Source: Candidatus Eutrophomonas brisbanensis
Lineage (GTDB): Bacteria; Pseudomonadota; Gammaproteobacteria; Burkholderiales; Eutrophovitaceae
NCBI GenBank assembly: GCA_038141705.1
Contig: JAYQIQ010000004.1
Location: 327,135-391,134 of the forward strand
DNA length: 64,000 bases
Reading direction: 5' to 3'
The notes beneath the pieces were generated by a model. The model searched no databases. It was not told the origin of the DNA and saw nothing but the letters and a program-made list of their open reading frames with translations. Shown here piece after piece: positions 10,236 through 21,888 of this stretch; positions within the stretch are counted from its first letter, which is position 1; each line of letters opens with the position of its first letter. The position numbers were made by a program, and so were the translations under genes.

Positions 10236-11722
10236 ATGAAAATTCTTATCGCTCAGATGGAGCATGAGACGAATACCTTTTCCCCGGTTGAAACCCCATG
10301 GGAGGCATTTGGTCCCGACGGACCGTACTTAGGCAAAGCCGCGTATGAGGGAATGAAAGGGACTCGCACTCCGATTGGCGCCTTCATTGACCTAGCTGAG
10401 AAAGCGCGCGCAGAAATTGTGACACCGATCGCAGGTTTTGCTTACCCCAGTGGGCCAGTCGATGCAAAAGCCTACGACCAATTTTGTGAAGTAATTTGCG
10501 AGAGTGTCGATAAAGGTTGTGATGCCATCATGTTGGATCTGCATGGGGCAATGGTCGTTCGAGATCGGACCTTTGATGGAGAGGGAACGCTCATAGAAAA
10601 AATACGAGGAATCGCTCCGGACACTCCGATCGGGGTTTCCTTAGATTTGCATGCAAACGTCACCGAGAAGATGGTACGAAATGCGACGGTCATTGCGGGA
10701 TACAAAACGTATCCACATATTGATATGTATGAGACTGGCGAGCTCGCTGGAGAATTGACTCTCCGTACACTTCGCGGCGAAATCAGCCCAGTGATGCACT
10801 GGGAGAATATTCCATTGCTTGCACAGCTACTCAAAATGAATACCTCGGTGGAAGCGATGAAAGAATTCGCGAGAACTGCTGCCTCGATCCAAGAAAAGCC
10901 AGGAGTGTTAGCAACCTCCACGTTTGGGGGTTTCCAATGGCCGACATACCAGAGGCCGGCATGAGTACGATTGTTGTTACCGACGGGGATGCGGCGCTTG
11001 CGAGAACCGAGTGCCAGAACATACTTCGAAATGCTTGGAGCAATAAAGAACAGTTTATTTGGTATGACAAACCACTGGAAGAATCCATCAAGGAAGCAAA
11101 AAATCTTACCGATGGTCCTATCCTATTACTCGATCATCCTGATAACTGCGCTTCAGGCGCAACGCAGGACACGATGGCCGTGCTCCGTGAAGCACTCAAA
11201 CAAGGGTTGACCAATATTGCGGTCGGCCCTATTCGAGATCCACAGGCAGTAGAGATACTAATTTCGGCGGGTTTAGGGGCTGAAATCACCACTGACGTTG
11301 GCGGAAAAACCGATATGCCAGCTATCGGAAAGAAAGGTGAGCCACTGCAGCTGAAAGGGATAGTAAAAAACATCACGAATGGTGAGTACACGATCACCGG
11401 ACCTCAATTTACTGGCGTTCGAGCTGCGATGGGAAGAACCGTAGTCTTCGATACTGGTGATGCAGAAATTGTCATTACCGAAAAACTGCAAGAGCCGTGG
11501 GACCTCGGAGTTTTCACTAGTGTAGGCATCGATCCGACGCGGAAAAAATATCTGTTACTCAAATCAAAGATGTATTACCGCCCAATATTCCTTCCGCTTG
11601 CACGGCATAGTATTCACTGTGCTGGCGTTGGGGTTGGGGCTGCCGACTGGAAAATGTTTCAGTACAAAAACTTGAGACGCCCTATTTACCCCCTCGACGA
11701 ATCGGTTACCCATATCTTTTAG
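10236..11722 (+). pseudogene. M81 (MlrC-like) metallopeptidase, frameshifted in this sequence
   Basis: ORFs 10236-10964 and 10937-11722. One extra base in the G5/CC stretch at 10926-10935 restores ...STFGGFPMADIPEAGMSTIVVTDGD... The N-terminus MKILIAQMEHETNTFSP is typical of MlrC/DUF1485. Confidence 0.8.
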
Positions 11723-11822
11723 GGCAGGATCGACTGAAGCCCCTAAAAAAAACAGTTACACTCGAAAGAGCTAATGTAATCGTTCGTACACCAACACGAA
11801 CCATCGGAAAAACGGGGTAGAA

Positions 11823-13317
11823 ATGAAAAATATTTCGCATTTTATTGCGGGTAAAAAAGTAGATGGCGCAGGTACAAAAACAAATGAGGTTTTCAACCCC
11901 GCAACGGGATCGGCCGAATCCAGCGTACGCTTCGCAACTATAGAAGAAACGCGTGCCGCAATTGATGTAGCTGAGCTTGCGTTTGCAGACTGGTCCCTGA
12001 CCCCAGCGGTCAAACGCGCACGGGTCATGTTCAAATTTAAAGAACTCATTGAGAAGAACGCTGAAATCTTAGCAAAGATGATTACCGGCGAGCATGGGAA
12101 GGTATTTTCTGATGCGATGGGGGAAATTAGTCGCGGGCTCGAGGTTATCGAGTTTGCGTGTGGAATCCCACAACTTATTGAAAGGTGAGTTCACAGAACA
12201 AATAGGAACAGGGATCGATAGTTACTCGGTTCGTCAACCCCTGGGGGTTTGTGCAGGAATTACGCCTTTTAATTTTCCAGTGATGGTTCCCATGTGGATG
12301 TATCCGATATCAGTCGCGTGCGGAAATACCTTCATTCTCAAACCGTCGGAAAAAGATCCCTCACCAAGTATTTTGATGGCAGAACTTCTACAGGAGGCAG
12401 GACTTCCAGATGGCGTGTTTAACGTAATCCAGGGTGATAAAGCAGCAGTAGATACGTTACTCACTGATCCGCGAGTGGCCGCGGTGAGTTTTGTTGGCTC
12501 GACACCGATCGCAGAGTATGTGTACAGAACTGGCACAGAAAACGGCAAACGAGTACAAGCATTAGGTGGTGCGAAGAATCATTTGGTCGTCATGCCAGAT
12601 GCCGACCTAGATCAAGCCGTAGATGCACTTGTTGGTGCAGCCTATGGTTCTGCAGGAGAGCGCTGCATGGCAATCTCTGTTGGAGTCGTTGTTGGTGACA
12701 TCGCGGATGCGCTCATTGAAAAATTAGCAGATCGAGTCCAAAACCTGCGGATTGGGAATGGACTCGAAAACGACCCAGATATGGGACCATTGGTGACACA
12801 GGCTCACTTAGAAAAAGTAAGAGGCTATGTTGAGATTGGGCTTATCGAAGGGGCGAAACTGGTTGTAGATGGAAGGAATACCAAAGTCGCCGGTTTTGAA
12901 AATGGCTTCTTCTTAGGGGGTTGTTTATTTGATCACGTAACTCCAAAAATGCGGGTCTACAAAGAAGAAATATTCGGGCCTGTTCTATCAATTGTTCGCG
13001 CCGACAATTTTGAAGAGGCACTCCAACTCATTAACGATCACGAATACGGAAATGGTGTATCGATTTACACACGAGACGGTGATGCCGCCCGAGAATTTTC
13101 ATCGCGCGTAAAAATAGGAATGGTTGGAATCAACGTCCCCATTCCTGTTCCGATGGCATTTCATAGTTTTGGTGGGTGGAAACGATCATTGTTTGGCGAC
13201 CACTTCGCTTATGGCCCCGAAGGGGTGCGGTTCTACTCACACCTCAAGACGGTGACATCTCGATGGCCGACTGGAATCCGAAAAGGTGCAGAGTTTACGA
13301 TGCCAGTCATGAAGTAG
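11823..13317 (+). pseudogene. mmsA: CoA-acylating methylmalonate/malonate-semialdehyde dehydrogenase, frameshifted in this sequence
   Basis: ORFs 11823-12188 and 12094-13317. Dropping one base near 12168-12180 gives ...[25 protein letters not shown]... Also has the aldehyde dehydrogenase core with the GERCMAIS catalytic-Cys region. Confidence 0.85.
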
Positions 13318-14215
13318 ACTTAATCGACCACCCTTTTTCGCGATAGAAATTTATCAATTCGCTCGTATCGTGATCTCCTAAACCTCGCTCAACCATTAAC
13401 GAAAACATCTCTCGAGTCAAATCTGAGACTGGCGTACTAATGGAATGCTGTTCAGCTAGCTGTCGAATTAGATTTAAATCTTTCAACATAATTTGAGAGT
13501 GAGCGGTAATCGAGAATTCTGAAGTTGCCATCTTTGGAAACATTTCTTGCAACTGAGCAGAATCGGCTCGTCCACCAGATAGCGCATCCGGAATAAGTTG
13601 CGTATCAACACCTAAGCGCTCGGCTAATCCGCAAGCCTCCGCGAGCATCACAAGCCCTGAGGAGACAAGCAATTGATTGATCATCTTAGTCGCTTGACCG
13701 GCCCCCTGGGGTCCCATTAACGTTACTTTACCCGCCAAGCAATCCCATACTGGGGAGGCCTGCTTGAAAGCAACCGAACTTCCTCCGACCATCACCGTCA
13801 TTCGACCTTCTCGGGCAGCTGGAGCACCGCCAGATATCGGAGCGTCTAACCAACTAGCTTGCGCCTCCGACTGGAATCGCTCCGCCATTTCCCGGGTTTT
13901 AGCAACCGCTCCGGTCGACATATCGATTAGCACCTTTCCGGAAACGTCAGCCCCAATGACCCCATCATTACCAAAAACGATATGCTCGACAGCATCTCCG
14001 TCTGTGACACAAGTGATGATGAAATCGGTCTTGGATGCTACTTCTTTCGGAGAGGTGCAAGCACGAATATTTTCTGATATCAAGCGTTCTAGTTTGGCCG
14101 AATCTCGGTTCCACGCACAGACTCGTTCTACCGTATCTCCGAGTCTTTTAATAATCGCAGACCCCAGAACGCCAGCCCCTAAGCACCCGACACTGATATC
14201 TAATTTTTTATCCAA
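13307..14215 (-). CDS. 3-hydroxyisobutyrate dehydrogenase-like NAD(P)-dependent oxidoreductase
   Basis: 302-aa ORF with N-terminal [12 protein letters not shown] Rossmann motif and a 6PGDH-like C-terminal helical domain. It is convergent with mmsA and overlaps it by 11 nt. Confidence 0.75.
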   Translation of the reverse strand: MDKKLDISVGCLGAGVLGSAIIKRLGDTVERVCAWNRDSAKLERLISENIRACTSPKEVASKTDFIITCVTDGDAVEHIVFGNDGVIGADVSGKVLIDMSTGAVAKTREMAERFQSEAQASWLDAPISGGAPAAREGRMTVMVGGSSVAFKQASPVWDCLAGKVTLMGPQGAGQATKMINQLLVSSGLVMLAEACGLAERLGVDTQLIPDALSGGRADSAQLQEMFPKMATSEFSITAHSQIMLKDLNLIRQLAEQHSISTPVSDLTREMFSLMVERGLGDHDTSELINFYREKGWSIKSTS

Positions 14216-14312
14216 AACATTTACCTCCGATTTCTGTTGATCTTATACTGAAGAAAATTTAATTCAAATAAAAATAATGAAAACAAAAACTGTCTTTTGG
14301 GGAGACTCATAA

Positions 14313-15079
14313 ATGTCAAAAAACGAATCACAAGAACTTTGTCTAATCACGGGCGGCGCGAGCGGGATTGGAGAAGCTTGCGCGAGAGAGCTCTTCAGGC
14401 GAGGCTATGAAATAGCGATTGCAGACAAAAATCCAAAAGGGGAAAAGATTGCGCGCGAGCTTTCAGGGAAATTTTTCCTCTGGATGTAAGCGAATCGACA
14501 GAAATCGACGCGTTAGCAGAATCCATTTCTTATAGTGGTAATTTTATCCATACCCTAATTAACTGCGCTGGGATTATCCAGCAACCACTGCCCCCGGCAG
14601 AACTGAGTTTAAAAACGTGGGACGACATCGTTCGTATTGATCAAAGAGGAACATACTACTGCTCCGTCGCTTTCGCTCGAGAGATGATAAAACGTGGAAG
14701 AGGGAATATCGTGAATATTGCTTCCATCACTGCAATGCGATCAGTTCCGCTGCATGCTTATGCACCGGCCAAAGCGGCAGTGGTATCAATGACTGAGTGT
14801 TTAGCGGCTGAATGGGGTAGACACGGAGTTCGCGTCAATGCTGTCTCCCCAGGACACACGCTTACACCAGCCCTACAAAGTGCGATATCCGCGGGCGAGC
14901 GAGATATAAAACTTCTTGAAGAAAATGCACTGGGCCGCATGGTTAACCCTGAGGAAGTTGCGAAGGCCGTTGCATTCTTGGTTGGTGATGAGTCCAGTGC
15001 GATAACAGGTGTAAACTTACCAGTCGACTGCGGCTGGCTCGTAGCTGGCTCGTGGCACACCTATGGTGGTTTACGCTAA
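14313..15079 (+). pseudogene. short-chain dehydrogenase/reductase, frameshifted in this sequence
   Basis: The ATG at 14313 gives MSKNESQELCLITGGASGIGEACARELFRRGYEIAIADKN...SGKFF, then a stop. One extra base in T5CC at 14472-14478 joins it to ...PLDVSESTEIDAL...NCAGI... and ORF 14684-15079 (NIASITA...YAPAKAAV). Confidence 0.8.
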
Positions 15080-15108
15080 CTTAGTTTTTAGATGCTGGGG
15101 AAATAGCC

Positions 15109-15495
15109 ATGCTAAAAAAAATGCTGCTTGCCGTTACATTCAGCTTCATTATCGGTACCGGAATTTGTCAGGAATCCGATCTTTTGCAAAAAGCGTTCTT
15201 GCTCCCAGAAGAAGTCCCGGTCATTGCGAGCGAAGTTACTTTTCTGGATGTGCGAACTGACAAGGAATGGGAATTGGGTCATATCCACGGAGCAATACAC
15301 CTCGAACTCAAGAAGGTACGAAAAGAAATTGAAATAACATTACGGGACAAATCGAAAGCGGTGGTAGTCTATTGCGGATCGGGTCCGCGTGCGCAAGCGG
15401 CTGCGAAATTCATGAATAGCATTGGCTACCGTGCAATCCCAGTGACTAGAGGTGGATTTATGCAATTAGTGGCTGCTGGTCTACCCAAAGAATAA
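15109..15495 (+). CDS. exported single-domain rhodanese (sulfurtransferase)
   Basis: 128-aa ORF with signal peptide MLKKMLLAVTFSFIIGTGICQ, rhodanese fold and active-site loop VVYCGSGPRAQ. Confidence 0.8.
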   Translation: MLKKMLLAVTFSFIIGTGICQESDLLQKAFLLPEEVPVIASEVTFLDVRTDKEWELGHIHGAIHLELKKVRKEIEITLRDKSKAVVVYCGSGPRAQAAAKFMNSIGYRAIPVTRGGFMQLVAAGLPKE

Positions 15496-15503
15496 ATTTT
15501 GGT

Positions 15504-17557
15504 TTGAAACAAGCCGCAAAAAAATCCGTTCGGACGATGTGTCCGATGAATTGTCACCCAACGCTGTGTGGGATGCATGTCGCGCTGGCGGACAATAACT
15601 CTATTGAAGTTACCCCAGACCAAGAAAGCCCCGATAGCCAGGGGTTTTTGTGCTCTCGCGGATTTGCAGCCGCTGAACTTTATCGAAATCCTCAAAGAAT
15701 TGTAACTCCTCTTTCCCGGGGCAGTCGATCGGAGTCCTTCTCGACCACTGACTGGAATAGCGCATACGAAAGCATTCTATCCAGCACTACAAATCCTGAA
15801 AGGATGGCCATCTGGGCCGGACACGGAGTGTTTACAAATAATTATGGCTCGAGATTTGCCACCCAATTACTCGCTAGATTTGCCAATCACCAAGGATCAC
15901 TTTTCTGGGAACCTCCGATTATTTGTTGGGGACTTGGCGCGATGGGACTTGCCATAACTGGCGTTACTGAGACTATTCCAAAAAAAGAAATCGAAAAAAA
16001 TTCAGATCTCATTCTGCTTTGGGGCGCTGATTTCTCTAGCCAGCCAACAACAGCACGGCATGTATTAAATGCCCAAAAACGTGGCGCGAAATTAGTTTCT
16101 ATCGATGTACGCCGAACATCTGCATCGGCAAAATGTGACCACGAATATTTGATTAAACCCGGAACAGATACGCAGTTAGCACTCGGTTTGATACACACCC
16201 TTATTCAGACCAAACAGATTGATCATCAATTCATCGCAAACTACACCGTGGGTTTTGATCAACTGGCTAAACATGTTCAGGAATTCACACCCGCGTGGGC
16301 TGCCAGAGAAACCGGGATTTCTGAGCAACAGCTTCTGGATCTCGCCGGTCTCTATGGTCGTGCTAAATCGAGCGCAATCCTCCTCGGAGGAAGTTCCATG
16401 CACAAAGGTCAGAATAGCTGGTATGCCTCGCGTGCGATATCTTGCTTACCCGCGATCACCGGTAACCTATCAAGACCAGGCGCAGGGCTCGGGCCCCGGC
16501 ATGGTGGGTGGCCTGGAGGGAGAGCGTTGAATACCATCGCAGATAATGAACGGTTTGCATGGTCCAATCGCTCGAGTAACCAAATGGATGACTTGGTTCA
16601 GAAAATGTATGAAGGAGAGATTGATACGTTGCTTTTGTTTGGATCAAACATTGTTTCTTCTTTTGCAGATACAAATAAGCTCATTCAAGGATTGAAACGC
16701 GTTCCACTCATCGTCTCCTATGACCTATTCTTGAATGGCGGTATCCGACAATTTAGCGATATCGTTCTGCCGGGCACCACCTGGATCGAAGAAGTCGGAT
16801 GTAAGGGAACCGAGGAGCACCTGATATTAACCGAACAACTTGTCCAGCCAGAAGGGGAATCGCGAAGTTTGTTTAGAGTTCTCACTGAGCTTGCAGACAA
16901 ATTTAACCTAAGTGATTTTCCCCTTGGTCATCGACCGAGGAAATGATCAACGCGGTTATCCAAAGACCCAAAAAAGAAAATATAACCATCGAGTCGCTCG
17001 GAAAGAATAAGGGAATCCAGAAGCTTGAAATAGAACCAGTGGCGCACGCCTCTAAAATATTCCCTACCCCAAGCGGGAAGATAGAATTCCTATCTGAGAA
17101 AGCGTTACGATCCGGATTACCAGAGCTACCGACTCCACCTGCTGAAATAAGTAAAGTTAAACAAAAAATTAAACATCACAGTATCGAGCTTACGTTCGGT
17201 CGGGAATTACACAACTTCCATGGCTTTTACGATAACGGACAAGCGCTACCAAGGCTAAAAGCGAAGAATGCAGAGCCGGAACTGCATCTATCCGTAAATG
17301 ATGCGAATGATAAAGCTATCAATTCAGGTGATCGTATCCGGGCGTTTAACGACCACGGAGAGTTTTTCGCGATAGCAAAAATAAGTAATGACTTGCCCGC
17401 GGGTACAGCGTGGGTAAGAGACGGCTGGAATAACCTTAACAACCTAACTTCGATCGAGCGAACCCTTCCGACAAAAGCTCTCAAGGACTTCAATCTCGCC
17501 GCCGGACAATCAAGCTTTCGCGCCACTATCGATATCGAACGACTAAACAACTTGTGA
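15504..17557 (+). pseudogene. molybdopterin (bis-MGD) oxidoreductase family protein, frameshifted in this sequence
   Basis: N-terminal Fe-S Cys cluster MCPMNCHPTLCGM...FLCSRG with no Tat motif. ORFs 15504-16946 and 16943-17557 are joined by adding one base in T4C4 at 16916-16923 (...LSDFSPWSSTEEMINAV...). The exact start is uncertain (TTG 15504 or ATG 15537). Confidence 0.8.
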
Positions 17558-17573
17558 TCGTCTTTACCGCTCG

Positions 17574-18749
17574 ATGATGAAAAAATTTCAGCTAATACGG
17601 TTTATCAGTATCGCTGTGCTGTGTCATATGGGCTTCATCGGAACTCGATTTTCCGCGTCCCTATATGCGCTCGATAAACATGTTTCGACTTTCACGATAG
17701 GCGTAATCTTAGCGCTATTCTCTCTAATACCGATGCTGATATCGGTAAGAGCCGGAAGATGGATCGATACCTCCGGCCCATTGAGGCCGACCTTGAGTGG
17801 GATCGCACTTATTTCAGTGGGCGCCCTACTCCCTCTACTTTTTTCTTACGAGGTTGCCGACCTTGCTCCCTTGCTTGTCGGGGCCTCGATGGTTGGAACC
17901 GGCCTCACACTTACCATTTTGTCGATGCAACAACACCTCGGAGAACAAAACGCACCAAGTAAGCGTACAGCGGTTTTTTCATGGTTTGCGATGGGGGTTT
18001 CAGTTTCTGGTTTTTTTGGTCCAGTTTTAGGCGGCATGGTAATCGATCACTTCGGTCATCGAATTAGTTTTTTATTGCCAATATTTTTCTCCCTAGTAGC
18101 AGGGGCTTTTCTTTTATTCGGCGAAAAACCAGCCACAAAAAACAAAGTGATGACTGATCAAGGTCAAACGCAAAATACTTTTGATCTTATTCGTTACCGT
18201 GAGCTACGTCACGTACTCATCGTCACCGGACTAATTTCTATGTGCTGGGATCTCCAAAACTTTGCTGTGCCTCTCCATGGGACTCGAGCTGGATTATCCG
18301 CTTCCCAAATTGGTTTTATCTTAGGTGCTTTCGCGATCGCGACATTTGCAATTCGGATATTGATGCCTGTCTTGCATAAAGTTTCATCAGAATGGCAGAT
18401 CCTGATTGGAACACTCGGTTGTGCCTCTCTAGCTTTTCTGATTTTTCCCTTATTGCAATCTTATGTGTCTTTAATTTGTATCGCATTTTTATTAGGGCTA
18501 GGGCTAGGTGCGGCTCAGCCAAACATCATGACGCTAGTTCATTCAACGAGTCCCAGCGGGCGAGTTGCGGAGGCGCTTGGGTTACGATTAACCATCATCC
18601 ACTCAAACCAAGTAATACTTCCTCTAATTTTTGGAGCATTCGGCGCACTACTCTGAACCACCGCCATGTTCTGGGGCATGAGCTTGATTGCGTTATTCGG
18701 AGTTTTTATTTCTGTGAGAGCGGGCAAACACCGACGAATAAGCACTTAG
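17574..18749 (+). pseudogene. MFS transporter interrupted by an in-frame TGA
   Basis: 360-aa ORF with 11 hydrophobic helices that ends at the TGA at 18654-18656. The same frame continues TTAMFWGMSLIALFGVFISVRAGKHRRIST, a 12th helix, to the TAG at 18747-18749. Confidence 0.75.
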
Positions 18750-18751
18750 AC

Positions 18752-20416
18752 TTATTTTTTTACAACGCTCCAATAACTATTTTCCTCCGATACCACACCC
18801 TCTCGGGCAAGCTTCAAAAGGTGAGCGAGCAATGATCGTTCGGCTAGTCTGTGCAGTTCAGTCGACACATCATCGTAGGCATGTGATACCAGATCGGATA
18901 ATGCACCACCACCTGATACAGCCAACGCCTTAAGTACTTTTCCCTCTCGCTTTTTTCGATGGGCAATTAGTCGATCAATAACCTCGTTAGGGTTTTCCAT
19001 TAAAAATCCATGCCCAGGAGCAATCCAATCGAAGCTCAGGTCTCTCAGTTTTTCAAAAGAGTTAAAGTAATCTGCCATGTCACCATCTGGAGGATTTATC
19101 ACCACCGTCGAACCCTGCATCACGTGATCCCCGGTAAATAAAATCCGGTCGTTGGTGTCTAGATAGCAAAACTGATTGGATGCGTGCCCGGGAGTATAAA
19201 TAGGCACGAGCCTGCTACCACATACTTCCAGGGGAACTCCATCTTCTGCGATTAGATCTGGAGAAAATGAGTCGTCTTGTCTATCGGGAAATTTTGCTCT
19301 CATTCCCACCAAAGGAACATCGAACTCATCCCGCAGCCTCGACGCAGCAGGTGAGTGGTCCAGATGACTGTGCGTGCAAACGATCGCTCGTAATTTATCC
19401 CCACAGTAATCTTTCAATTTCTGAATATGCTCAGGAATATTTGGACCCGGATCAATAATCGTAAAACCAACCTCGGTATCGCCAATTACATAACTGTTCG
19501 TCCCAGGCCCAGTCATAACGCTCGGGTTCGGAGCAGTAATGCGAACGAGAGAATTCGATAATCTAACTTCAACGCCTGGAACAATATCCCGAGAGGCCGT
19601 ACCTTTTTGATCTGGATCTAATTTTCCGACTTCAGCATAAGCAAAATCACCCGGCACCAATAATTTCTTACCGCCCACACCGATCGATATTCTGGGATTC
19701 ATGGGTGGTACAGGTCGAAGTGAGCGAGCAAAGTCGAGCGCCTCCGAGACATTGGAAAACTCACATAATTGTTCAAGCGTTTTAAGCGTGGGAAACATTA
19801 AACTAATCTCTCCCCGATTCCCCTTCTCAATCGCTCGCTTTGGCTCTACCCAAAGGTGACTAACAAGTTCATTACCATCGTGCGACAGATTTTGTTCTTT
19901 GGGGTATCGAGCGATAAAAAACCGCGTGTCATAACGACGCGGGCGTCCCGCTTGCGTAATCCAATGACTAAAATATTGCAATTCATCCGTAGCCAAAGAT
20001 AGTTGGTATTTTTTTAAAAAATTCTGGAAAGTAATCTCACCATGCTCGAGGCGACTACGAATCGTTTCAATCGGTTCCTGTAACGCTCGCGGATCGAATA
20101 AGTTCCCATCAGCTCGACGAGCAAATAAAAGCCCCATCTCCTCAAAACTTTCTCTGAGAGCAGCAATCCAGTAACTCAAACCATCCCGACTGATCCCAAG
20201 TCTTCGACTTGCTTCTTGATCATTTAGATCGAGACTAAGCTCAAACAAATCACCCGCTTTATCATCGGCATCTACAGCGCCACCCGGAAAAACAAATGCT
20301 CCAGCTGCGAAATTGACTTTGTTTGTCTTCTCAGCGAGCAATACCTCCAACCCTTTCTCCCCATCCCTCACGATGATGAGAGTAGCAGCTGGTCTGGGAG
20401 TTACCAGCTCATTCAT
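18752..20416 (-). CDS. NUDIX hydrolase fused to an MBL-fold metallo-hydrolase
   Basis: 554-aa ORF. N-terminal Nudix box (FVFPGGAVD...ALRESFEEMGLL). C-terminal THSHLDHSPAA and later His/Asp ligands of the metallo-beta-lactamase fold. Confidence 0.75.
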   Translation of the reverse strand: MNELVTPRPAATLIIVRDGEKGLEVLLAEKTNKVNFAAGAFVFPGGAVDADDKAGDLFELSLDLNDQEASRRLGISRDGLSYWIAALRESFEEMGLLFARRADGNLFDPRALQEPIETIRSRLEHGEITFQNFLKKYQLSLATDELQYFSHWITQAGRPRRYDTRFFIARYPKEQNLSHDGNELVSHLWVEPKRAIEKGNRGEISLMFPTLKTLEQLCEFSNVSEALDFARSLRPVPPMNPRISIGVGGKKLLVPGDFAYAEVGKLDPDQKGTASRDIVPGVEVRLSNSLVRITAPNPSVMTGPGTNSYVIGDTEVGFTIIDPGPNIPEHIQKLKDYCGDKLRAIVCTHSHLDHSPAASRLRDEFDVPLVGMRAKFPDRQDDSFSPDLIAEDGVPLEVCGSRLVPIYTPGHASNQFCYLDTNDRILFTGDHVMQGSTVVINPPDGDMADYFNSFEKLRDLSFDWIAPGHGFLMENPNEVIDRLIAHRKKREGKVLKALAVSGGGALSDLVSHAYDDVSTELHRLAERSLLAHLLKLAREGVVSEENSYWSVVKK

Positions 20417-21888
20417 TAGGAAGTATGTTCAAAATTTAGCGAGAACTGCTCGATAATTTTTGCTACGCACTCAGTCAATTTCTTGCCATAAGGGATATGC
20501 AGAAACTCGTTTGGTCCGTGCGCATTCGACTTGGGGCCCAGTACTCCAGTTATTAGAAATTGTGCATTTGGAAAATATTCTCCAAGCATCGCCATGAATG
20601 GGATTGTTCCCCCCTCACCCATTAATACTGCATTACGCGAAAATACAGATTCAGATGCCTCATGTAACGCATGCGCCAGCCAATCTGCAGTCGGCGGCGC
20701 ATGCCAGCCTGTCGCGGATTGATCCAACTCAAATTTCACTGAAGCCCCATAGGGAGGATCTGACTCAAGGATTTGTTTTAACTTTCTGGATGCGTAATCA
20801 CCATCAATTGTTGGCGGTAATCGAAGACTTAACTTAAGTGCAGTCTTTGGCCTTAACACATTGCCAGCATCTCGAACGGGTGGAACATGATCGGATCCAA
20901 TCACTGACAGATACGGCCTCCAAGTTCTATTTAAGACAAGCTCACCATAATCTGCTGACATCGCTTTTGCATCTCGAACAAAAGGAAAACGATTCGTCAA
21001 CGTATCTCCCAATACCTCTCCAGCTAATCTTGCCTGCTCTTTTCTTTCCTCTGGGATGTCTGCCCAAAAGTCAGAGGGAATAATTCTTCCGTCCCTAGAA
21101 TCTTCGATACGCTCCAAGATATTCCGGATGATTCGATAACTCGAGGGCACTACACCACTCGCATCTCCAGAATGTACACCCTCTTTTAATATTTCAACCG
21201 TAAGCGTTCCCGCAGCCATACCTCGAAGACTGGTTGTACCCCAAAGCTGATCGTAATTTCCACAACCGGAATCCAAACCAATCACAAAATCGACATTTCG
21301 AATTCGGGTTCGCAAATGTTCTAAGTAAAAAGGAAGATCATAACTACCGCTTTCCTCACAGCATTCGATGATCCCCACGGTTCTAGGAATCTTAATTCCC
21401 TGCCGTTGCAACGATGATATTGCAGTAATAGAAGCAAATATGGCATAGCCATCATCCGCGCCACCGCGCCCGTAAAGCTTACCGTCTCGAATTACTGGAG
21501 ACCACGGTCCAAGCCCCTCTTCCCAACCCATCATTTCTGGCTGTTTGTCGAGATGCCCGTACATGAGAATGGTTGAAGGAAGGTCTCCACTTATTTCAAA
21601 AAACAAAACGGGCGTTCTGTTTTCTAGCCTTATAACCTCCAGCGAGATACCTTCAACATTCTGCTGCCTGGCCCACTGCAGAGCAAGTTCTACCGCATCA
21701 TCAATATAACCATGTTTCGTCCACTCTTCGTCGAAGTGAGGAGATTTGCAGGGTATCCTTATGTAATCGGTAAGGCATGGAACGATTTCCTCGTCCCATT
21801 TCTCTGCAACGAACTTCTGCAAATTTAGCGCATCAATTTGAGATTCTTGAGTAATCGACATTTTTTTCGAAAAATTAGGAACAATCAA
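20416..21888 (-). CDS. M20-family dipeptidase/deacylase
   Basis: 490-aa ORF with YGHLDKQPEM, GKLYGRGGADDGY, ECCEESGS and C-terminal EGGTIPFM motifs of the M20 dimerising peptidases. Its stop overlaps the start of the downstream NUDIX-MBL gene (TAATG). The true start may be the internal ATG at 21861. Confidence 0.8.
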   Translation of the reverse strand: MIVPNFSKKMSITQESQIDALNLQKFVAEKWDEEIVPCLTDYIRIPCKSPHFDEEWTKHGYIDDAVELALQWARQQNVEGISLEVIRLENRTPVLFFEISGDLPSTILMYGHLDKQPEMMGWEEGLGPWSPVIRDGKLYGRGGADDGYAIFASITAISSLQRQGIKIPRTVGIIECCEESGSYDLPFYLEHLRTRIRNVDFVIGLDSGCGNYDQLWGTTSLRGMAAGTLTVEILKEGVHSGDASGVVPSSYRIIRNILERIEDSRDGRIIPSDFWADIPEERKEQARLAGEVLGDTLTNRFPFVRDAKAMSADYGELVLNRTWRPYLSVIGSDHVPPVRDAGNVLRPKTALKLSLRLPPTIDGDYASRKLKQILESDPPYGASVKFELDQSATGWHAPPTADWLAHALHEASESVFSRNAVLMGEGGTIPFMAMLGEYFPNAQFLITGVLGPKSNAHGPNEFLHIPYGKKLTECVAKIIEQFSLNFEHTS

